From contig NW_021825387.1 of the NCBI RefSeq assembly GCF_006345805.1, positions 1 to 15,731 of the forward strand: DNA of 15,731 bases. The letters run 5' to 3'. The notes beneath the pieces were generated by a model. It saw nothing but the letters and a program-made list of their open reading frames with translations, was not told the DNA's origin and ran no database searches. Origin of the DNA: Octopus sinensis (lineage: Eukaryota). The first letter of the stretch is position 1, and every line of letters starts with the position of its first letter. The translations under genes were made by a program, and so were the position numbers. This document shows positions 1-8,904 of this stretch, one piece after another.

Positions 1-38
<38 letters not shown>

Positions 39-61
39 GTATTTCTCTATCTATCTACCTC

Positions 62-112
<51 letters not shown>

Positions 113-132
113 GTATTTCTCTATCTATCTAC

Positions 133-190
<58 letters not shown>

Positions 191-210
191 GTATTTCTCT
201 ATCTATCTAC

Positions 211-272
<62 letters not shown>

Positions 273-292
273 GTATTTCTCTATCTATCTAC

Positions 293-358
<66 letters not shown>

Positions 359-382
359 GTATTTCTCTATCTATCTATCTAC

Positions 383-463
<81 letters not shown>

Positions 464-464
464 C

Positions 465-538
<74 letters not shown>

Positions 539-543
539 ATATC
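1..543. repeat. (TATC)n / (GATA)n microsatellite with recurring variant motif CTGTATTTCT...ACCT; runs off the left edge
   Basis: Direct reading: near-perfect TATC repeats, with the variant G at 39, 113, 191, 273 and 359. Confidence 0.99.
528..543 (+). other. Left target-site duplication of copy A (TATCTATCTATATATC)
   Basis: Identical to 1740-1755, including the rare TATATATC interruption. Confidence 0.8.
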
Positions 544-1341
544 GCCGTTTGTGAGGCACGCTTTCCCGCAGCTCGTCTCCATGACCGAACTGCAGTCGTG
601 GATCAAAAAGAGGCCGAGGAAGGGCGAATGGCACCGCGAGTGTCGCGTTGCTCTCAAGCAACTCTGCCGTCCTGGGTCGACCTTAAGTGACTTCAACACA
701 ACCAAAGCATTCTATAGGGGTTTAGTGGAGGGGAGGTACGACGACGAGCTCGGGGCGAACCTGGACGTCGACGAGGAGTACCTGACCCGCCTGTTCGGGA
801 CGACTTTCGGGCCAGGGCCCATGGACAACTTCCAGAGATCCCTGGCCTGGCAGTGCTACCGAGAAGCACTACCCGTTCGGGATAAGCTCTACAGACACGG
901 CTCGAGAAACACGGGGCCGACCTGCCCGAGATGCGGTCAGAGCGACGAAACCGTTCTGCATGCACTCGTTCAGTGTCCAACAATTTCCGACCTGTGGGCT
1001 TATGTCGAACAACTGCTGTCACGTGTGGGACGAGTCGGTTTATCAGCTGAGTCTATCGTTAATATTGTCACGCCTCCCTCCTTCAACGGGAAGGAAGAGC
1101 TATTTTCATCATCCTTGTGGCTATGGCGAAAGAATGTATCTGGTGGACGCGTCTGAAAGGATTGGAGACAAACACTTTCCTCTCTGGTCAATCTCTCATC
1201 AACTTCTTCAAGTACCACTTGAAAAGGAAAGTGAGAGTAGAGAGGCAAGTTTTGTCTCGCGAATGTTTTTAAAAAAGATGGGTGAATGTAGCAAGAATGG
1301 CACGTATGAATGACGAAGCCACCTTGAGCATAGTCCTATGA
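544..1341 (+). pseudogene. ORF2 C-terminal fragment of copy A, with intact CCHC zinc-finger motif
   Basis: ORF 551-1156 aligns to the long element's ORF2 tail. Frameshift near 1086 and in-frame TAA at 1270-1272; the repaired frame ends ...VARMARMNDEATLSIVL* with TGA at 1339-1341. Confidence 0.88.
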
Positions 1342-1727
1342 ACCCAGAAATCGAAAACAGAGAGTTGCTTATTTGCAAAAAAAAAAAAAAAAAAATATAA
1401 AATGTGACTTCATTGACCGAGGTTACCGTGGTCTTTTCCGTAGGCTTTTCTTTCCACGGGTAAACCTCACCTGTCCTCCCCTTTACACTTCATATTGACA
1501 TTTCTGTGATAACGATCCCTATTGATCAATTTTTTTTTTTTTCTTTTTTCTTCCTCTCCCCCTTTTTTTTTAACCCCCCTTTTTTTTGTCCTCTTTCTCT
1601 CCTTTTACGATCCCTTTTGATCGAAACTCCCCCTTCCTTTTTTTTTTTTTTTTTTTTTGTTTTTAAACCTTCAAAAGAAAAGCTCTACCTTGTAATTTGT
1701 TCTATCTGTGTGCAGCCCTGTGTGGCT

Positions 1728-1733
1728 AATAAA
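1728..1733 (+). terminator. AATAAA polyadenylation signal at the 3' end of copy A
   Basis: AATAAA a few bases before the 3' junction; same position as in copy B. Confidence 0.65.
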
Positions 1734-1739
1734 GAAACA

Positions 1740-1755
1740 TATCTATCTATATATC
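1740..1755 (+). other. Right target-site duplication of copy A
   Basis: Identical to 528-543. Confidence 0.8.
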
Positions 1756-1780
1756 TATCTATCTGTATTTCTCTATCTAC

Positions 1781-1861
<81 letters not shown>

Positions 1862-1862
1862 C

Positions 1863-1898
<36 letters not shown>

Positions 1899-1922
1899 GT
1901 ATTTCTCTATCTATCTATCTAC

Positions 1923-1958
<36 letters not shown>

Positions 1959-1988
1959 ATATCTATCTATCTATCTATCTATCTATCC

Positions 1989-2026
<38 letters not shown>

Positions 2027-2047
2027 ATATCTATCTATCTGTATTTC

Positions 2048-2132
<85 letters not shown>
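1740..2132. repeat. (TATC)n microsatellite, continuation of the array at 1-543
   Basis: Carries the same variants as 1-543 (CTGTATTTCT with G at 1765, 1899 and 2041; ATCCAT; TATATATC). Confidence 0.98.
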
Positions 2133-2331
2133 TGACGGATGTGATGTCGTTTCAGCTCCGAAGGTAATCATTTATTTTGACTATTTATAGGCCAATTTTT
2201 GTGTAGATTTTTGCAAATAAGGTGTGTAAGCAACCAACTTTCATTTGAGTGCTTTTCCAAGGGAGGAATTCGCCCCTAGGGGCAGTTTCGACCCCATTTC
2301 ATTTCTGTTATTTTCTTCTCGACATTAGAAA

Positions 2332-4198
2332 ATGTCTAGAAATTTTATTGTTGAACGCTGGTCGCGTTCTTTTTTGGAACAACATTTTCCTAGTCTGGAA
2401 ACGACAGAGAAAAAAAAGAACGTTCGCACGGAAAATGCCAACGTGAAATTCGGTGAGATGAACGCTGCAACCACGTGCGTTAACAGCCCTGTCACCACCG
2501 CCACCACCACCACTAACAACAGCAACCACGAGACAACAACTGCTACCACCACCACCTCCACCACCACCACCACCACTACCACGACCAACATAAATGATAA
2601 AAATAAAACTGAAACGAAAACTATTGACAAAAACCAGCAACAACAGAACAACAATAAAAATGAACTATCTAATAGTGAAGATGCCAATACAAAAAAGTCA
2701 AAACAGTAAATTTCGCAGATATTCTTCGCCAGAAAAAGAGATTTTTACATTCACAAATGAAGAGCTCATAGAAACAAGAGCTCTCTTTACAACCCGTGGA
2801 CAAGATTTAGTCCTGCATACACCTCAACATATAAAACAAGAAATAGAAAATAAGACAATTGTATATAAAATTATTAGAAAAAACAAAAACCAAATGAACA
2901 GATTACAAAAACTGATGTGGAGAAATGTTTAAATAACATAATGAAAGAAAAAGATATATAAACTGGGGTCCCCAGTTTAACACAGTAGTGGTCCGCTTCC
3001 CTAACCAGGAAGTGGCAAAAGCTCACTCTACTGAGTCTCTGGGAAATGATGAAATCATCATGGTCCCTTATTATAAAAACCAGAGGGTGAGTAGAATTAC
3101 TATCAGAAATGTACCCCCCGATATGCCGAACAAATGGATAACAGGGGCAATCTGTTACCACTTGAAAAAGATCAATTCTAGAAACAGCCGTGTACCTAAA
3201 CGACAATTGGGGTGGAAAAACAGTAGTTGTGACCATCCAGATTGAGGGGGCCTCTATCGAGAGCCTACCCGACAAGATATACTTGGAGAATGGCAATGCC
3301 TATATGTTATGGCAGAAGGCAAAAAGCCTAGATGCTACAAATGTGGCAGCCCCGAACATTTGATTGCCAAGTGCGATCTGGTACAGAAAAAACAAGAAAG
3401 AACAATTCAGAAAACAAATAAAATCCCTTTGTTGCCAACACCAACACCAACACACTCAATTATGGAACAACGCCAAGAAAAACAACAAACCAGCAAACAA
3501 CCCCAACAACATCACCAAGAAAAACAGTACCAACACAATCACCGTTGACGTCACAACCAATTAAACTTGTTGAATCTTCAAAAAATCGACCCACACCCAG
3601 GACGACAATTAAAAAGACAGAAAACACGACGAGAAGACAATGCTACCCCTAACACCACAACAACACAAACACCGCACAAAACATCAACAATTTATACAAG
3701 CATACATAGTGATCCTGTTCTTTTTCCTCTACCCCATACTGATACCTCGGACGACGAAAGTTCGACGGAATGGCAAATAGCCACAGGGGGTAAAAGAAAA
3801 AGATCCAAAAAATCCACCAAACAAGGAATTAAAGCAGGGAGATATCTCACTCAGGACAACATTCCCCTAGACAATCAAAAAAGTAATGAACCCGTAAACC
3901 ACACACACAACTAACTGCAATAGACACAGACAATAAAGAATTAATGGACTACATCAAATCTACAATGGTCGTCTGTGAAGATGATTTTAAGACAAACAAT
4001 CATCCGCACACCACACCACCGAAACACATCAGAATTTTACACATAACACAAGCACAACACCACATACTGAAAACATTATTTCCGAATGCGGTAGGCGGGT
4101 ATCAACGATACCTGTCGAAAAAACTATACAAACACCTCATCAAAAACGATACAAAAGAAGAAGAAGAAAAAAATGAAACTTTTAAAATGAGTAAGTGA
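2332..4198 (+). pseudogene. ORF1 (nucleic-acid-binding protein with one CX2CX4HX4C knuckle), split by frameshifts
   Basis: Pieces 2332-2709, 2594-2932, 2988-3245, 3309-3548, 3567-3914 and 3944-4198. Motifs: RVSRITIRNVPPDMP (RRM-like segment) and EGKKPRCYKCGSPEHLIAKC (knuckle at 3333-3374). Confidence 0.8.
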
Positions 4199-4255
4199 CC
4201 TCACTTCTTGCCTCTTGTCTCTTCTAATATAGTGTGTAAAACACAATTTTCGTAA

Positions 4256-7200
4256 ATGTCAAGTATGCTTAAATTAGGTTGTGTGAATGCGCGTGGCTTG
4301 GCGTCGGCTTGGAAGCAAGGTTACCTTCTAAACGACATCAAGTCACTGGACGTGGATATAGTAGCTATCAGTGAAACCAGACTCAGTAAGCCGCGGGCCC
4401 TCGAGTCCATGTTTGGCAATCAATTTGACATTTATTTTTCTCTCTGTCTGCCGAACATGGGTGGTGGAGGTACTGCGGTGCTTTTTCGAAAGAGTCTAAA
4501 GGTAAAACTAAGAGCAATATTCCTAGACCCGGAGGGTAGGCTGGTTGTCTTGGACGTGGATGGCAGAAATGGGTGTGCATTCCGTCTGATGGCAGTTTAT
4601 GCACCGTCCTTAACGGGTCGGGCGGATTTCTTCAGACGTCTAGAGGTTTTCCTGGTACGTCTAGACTTTACTGTTAGTAGGGGATTGGAACGCTACCTTG
4701 GACACGCATCTAGATTATGTGGGAAGGGATAGGAATAGAATGGGGTGTGAGCCTCAAAGACCTGCTCAGACGTTTCCATTTGTCTGACAGGTTCCGACTC
4801 GACCATCCGAACCTGCCAACGTGGACTTGGACAAACCGCGTCGGATCGTCGAGATCTTATCTAGATAGAATTCTATGCAGGACAGCGGATAGGGATAGTG
4901 TAGGATGTCCACAATTTAAAATAGTCAGCTACACAGATCACAAATTGTTACGTGTACGCTCGACTTAGATAAAACACATAGGCAGGGTCCCGGTTACTGG
5001 AAACTGAACACGTCGCTGTTAGCGCGACAGGTTTACAGGAACCGGATTAGCGAGTTAATTAAGAGGCGCTGACAGGAGCGGTCGTTAACAACCGCTGGTG
5101 GTACGCCCTGAAAATGGCAATAAAATCGGAATCAATTAGGTTTAGCAAGGAATTAGCGATAGAACGAAATAGAGTAGAGGGAGACTTAGTTAAGAAACTA
5201 GAAGAGGCACTTACCACTGGCAGCGCAACCAACGTGCTGGCTGCGAGGATGGCCCTCGACCAACACCTCAACGCCAAGCACGAAGGTTGCGTCGTCAGAG
5301 CTAAAATGCGTGCCTTAAGGAACGAAGGGCCGGGTAGCGGAGGCCCGGGTAGCGGAGGCGCAGCGTGGCAACAGATCAACCATTCGGTCTCTAATAGATC
5401 AACAGGGATGCAGTTTACTCGAACCCGAAAGGATGTGTGAGGCCTTTCAACAGCACTTTGCTCGACTGTTTGGTGCGAGTGGTGGGTCGGAACGTGTGAT
5501 GGACTTCAGTGCCTACCTGACCGACCTGCCGCGGCTCTCGGCAAGAGAAGCGGAGTGTTGTGAAAGTCCCATCACAGCCGCTGACGTGTGGGATGCGATG
5601 GCGGGCTGCACGAGGGATAAGTCGCCTGGATTGGATGGTTTACCCTGCGAGCTGTATTGTCAAATGCCAGACTTGTTTGGCGACCTCTTGGCATCAGTCT
5701 ACTGCAACTGGCAACAAAACGGGAGAACCCCCGGTTTCGTGAGCCGAGGTGCAGTGACGTTGCTGAGGAAAGACCCAAACAAGGGGAATTTTATAGAATA
5801 TTTCAGGCCCATCACTCTGCTCAACGCAGATTTGAAAATTTTGGCCAAAGTAATAGCCGAGAGGTTGGCGCTTGTCATTGATAAACTGGTCGACAGGGCG
5901 CAAACATGCGCCGTGCCGGGCAGAACCATACATGACAACCTCCATCTGATGCGCTACATTGTGGACAGGGTAGTTAAGGATCCTGGCATGGGTGGGGCGC
6001 TGATCAATTTGGATCAGTCTAAAGCCTTCGATAGGGTCGACCATCGGTACTTGGCGGCCGTCCTCAGGGCGGCTGGCTTCGGTTCCGTCTTCCGCGGTTG
6101 GATCGCTGCCTTGTATAGCGGCATCCGATCGGTGATTCGGGTGAACGGTCACCTGTCTAAACCGTTTGACATCACACGTTCGGTCCGTCAGGGGTGTCCC
6201 CTGTCGGCGCTTCGGTATGTATTGACTCTCGAGCCGCTACTACTGAAGCTGGCGACACTGAGGGGCATCCCAGGGGAACTGGGTTGCGGGACGAGCTTGT
6301 CAGCATATGCGGACGATGTCACCGTCATAGTGTCGAGCGACAAACACATCAAGATGATAGGCGAGACACTAAAAAAATACGAAACGGTGACGGGAGCGAA
6401 GATTAACCCGGAAAAGTCAGTGGGTTTGCTACTGGGCACCTGGAGAAGCAAGCCCATGCCGTCCGACTGCGGCTCAGTAGTGGGACGCTGGACGGACGGA
6501 CCGGTTAAATTGCTCGGGGTCTGGTTCAGTCCGGACCTCCAAATGGATAAGAACTGGGACGAGATCACGAGTTGAGTGGTCGCTCTCAGCCAAACATGGG
6601 CCGAGAGAAAGCTGTCTCTAAAAGGCCGGGCGGAGGTGGCGAACGCGTACATCGCATCCGTCATCGATTACCGCCTGACCGTCGTACCTTGTCCCGACGC
6701 CACCATCACCAAACTGGAACGCATACTCTTCCGCTTCCTGTGGAAGGGTGGCGTTCCGATGGTGAGGAAGTCCATTTGCTGTCAACATCCGTTGAATGGA
6801 GGACTGGGCATGCCGTGGTTGATGATGCGCAGGCATGCGCTGAGACTGCGGCATCTCTGGAACTTCATCGACGACGCTGAACAGGTGTGGGCGCCATTTG
6901 TGAGGCGCCTCTTCCCGCAACTCGTCTCACTGACCGAACTGCAAACGTGGATCAAAAAGAGACCGAAACTGGGCGATTGGCACCGAGAGTGTCGCCAAGC
7001 TCTACAGCAGCTCTGCCGACCGGGGTCAAACTTGTGCAACTTACAAACGACTAAAGCGTTCTATAGAGGACTAGTGGGGGGGGGTCCGACGACACACTCG
7101 GGGCAAACCTGGGCGTCGACGAGAAATTCCTAACCCGCCTGTTCAGGACGACGTTCGGGCCGGGGCCTATGGATAACTTCCAGAAATCCCTGGCTTGGCA

Positions 7201-7688
7201 GTGCTATCGAGACGCACTACCCGTTCGAGAGAAGAGCTACAGGCATGGTTCGAAAACCATCACCGGACCGACCTGCCCGAGCGGTCAGAGCGACGAAACC
7301 GTTCTGCACGCACTCGTGCAGTGTCCAGATATTTCAGAACTGTGGTCCTTCGTCGAACAGCTGTTGTCACGTGTAGGTCAGGCTCGCCTATCGGCCGAGT
7401 CTATCGTGAATATTGTTCCGCCACCTTCCTTTAAACGGGAAGGGAAAACGGTTTTCGTTACGCTGATGGCTATGGCGAAAGAATGTGTGTGGTGGACGCG
7501 TTTGAAAGGACTGCAAACAAACACCTTCCACTCTGGTCAGTCTCTCGTCAACTTTTTCAAGTACCACTTGAAAAGGAGGATGAGAATAGAGAGGAAGGCT
7601 TTGTCGAACGAATGTTTTAATAAAAAGTGGGTAAAAGTGGCAAAATGGTTAGTATGAAGACGACACTATTTTAAGCATAAATCTGTAA
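4256..7688 (+). pseudogene. ORF2 polyprotein (APE-like endonuclease, reverse transcriptase, C-terminal zinc finger), disrupted
   Basis: APE motifs NARGL, DIVAISET, VYAP, GDWN (alternate frame near 4680), SYLDRI and TDH; WKLN near 4998; RT motifs listed separately. In-frame TGA at 6573-6575 and several frameshifts; the repaired end aligns with copy A and stops at TAA 7686-7688. Confidence 0.93.
5433..6575 (+). CDS. Longest uninterrupted ORF2 fragment: non-LTR reverse transcriptase domain
   Basis: KSPGLDGLP, FRPITLLNADLKILAK, GRTIHDN, DQSKAFDRVDH, RQGCPLS, AYADD and INPEKS motifs. Probably not translated as a standalone protein. Confidence 0.85.
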   Translation: MCEAFQQHFARLFGASGGSERVMDFSAYLTDLPRLSAREAECCESPITAADVWDAMAGCTRDKSPGLDGLPCELYCQMPDLFGDLLASVYCNWQQNGRTPGFVSRGAVTLLRKDPNKGNFIEYFRPITLLNADLKILAKVIAERLALVIDKLVDRAQTCAVPGRTIHDNLHLMRYIVDRVVKDPGMGGALINLDQSKAFDRVDHRYLAAVLRAAGFGSVFRGWIAALYSGIRSVIRVNGHLSKPFDITRSVRQGCPLSALRYVLTLEPLLLKLATLRGIPGELGCGTSLSAYADDVTVIVSSDKHIKMIGETLKKYETVTGAKINPEKSVGLLLGTWRSKPMPSDCGSVVGRWTDGPVKLLGVWFSPDLQMDKNWDEITS

Positions 7689-7968
7689 CCAAAAGAGACA
7701 ACGAGAAGTAAGGCGACTTGCTCATGTGTTCTTTTTCGAATTGTCTGAGGTGACCTTGGTCTTTTTTGTAGGTTTTTCTTTCCAAGGCTACACCTAAACT
7801 GTGAACCTTATATATATATATATATATATATAATATTGCTTTATTATACACCACACAACCCACAGATCCCTATTGATCAAACGTTGTTTTTTTTGTGCCC
7901 CTCGAAAAGAAAAAATTCTACATTGCACTTCGTCCATTTTTATTTTGTGTTTAGCCCTGTGTGGCTAC

Positions 7969-7974
7969 AATAAA
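7969..7974 (+). terminator. AATAAA polyadenylation signal at the 3' end of copy B
   Basis: AATAAA 4 nt before the (TATC)n junction. Confidence 0.65.
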
Positions 7975-7977
7975 AAG

Positions 7978-8475
<498 letters not shown>

Positions 8476-8483
8476 TATATATA

Positions 8484-8520
<37 letters not shown>
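8476..8520. repeat. (TA)n(TG)n compound microsatellite
   Basis: Direct reading. Confidence 0.95.
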
Positions 8521-8658
8521 TTAAATAATAAAGGTAAAGAATTGAATATTAATTTAATTAATATCAATTTAAACCTGTGGCCTAGCATATTGAAAACATT
8601 CTGAAGATTCAGAAAAAATATTACATACATATTAGAGGGTGGTGGTCATTCCTCTTAT

Positions 8659-8668
8659 ATGTGTGTTT

Positions 8669-8700
<32 letters not shown>
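8659..8700. repeat. (TG)n(TA)n compound microsatellite
   Basis: Direct reading. Confidence 0.9.
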
Positions 8701-8816
8701 AACGAAATTTAGAGAACTGACCACTAAAAGTGGACACCCTGTATGCTAGATATAGACGTCAATTGGTTTTAATTGATTAATATTAATTTCTACCCTTATG
8801 TAATTTTATATATATA

Positions 8817-8899
8817 CTAGCAGTATCGCCCGGCGTTGCTCGGGGTTGTAAGGGAAATAATTATATAAGCATTATTAGAGAGTTATAGCCAAAAGATAG
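8817..8899 (-). mobile_element. Helitron-like 3' terminus
   Basis: Minus strand reads CCCG-A-GC-AAC-GC-CGGG (hairpin with the GCAACGC core), 8 nt, then CTAG followed by T, next to a (TA)n run. This is the canonical Helitron 3' signature. Confidence 0.72.
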
Positions 8900-8904
8900 G
8901 ATTC

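Larger units (their letters stand above)
544..1739 (+). mobile_element. 5'-truncated L1/Tx1-clade non-LTR retrotransposon (copy A): ORF2 C-terminus plus 3' UTR
   Basis: Colinear with 6894-7978 of the long element; about 80% identity in one hand-aligned 60-nt block. Encodes the CPRCG..ETVLHALVQC zinc-finger motif, ends AATAAAGAAACA, and is flanked by a target-site duplication. Confidence 0.93.

Noticed and set aside
1377-1395. A-run as the poly(A) tail ending copy A
   Set aside because: Similarity to copy B continues to the AATAAA at 1728 and the TSD lies at 1740, so the run is internal to the 3' UTR.
1506-2190. ORFs of 209 and 160 aa with IYLS repeats
   Set aside because: They are translations of (TATC)n and T-rich UTR, a stop-free artefact of the repeat.
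693-7039. Minus-strand and alternate-frame ORFs overlapping the retrotransposons
   Set aside because: Shadow ORFs of GC-rich ORF2 sequence with no recognisable motifs.
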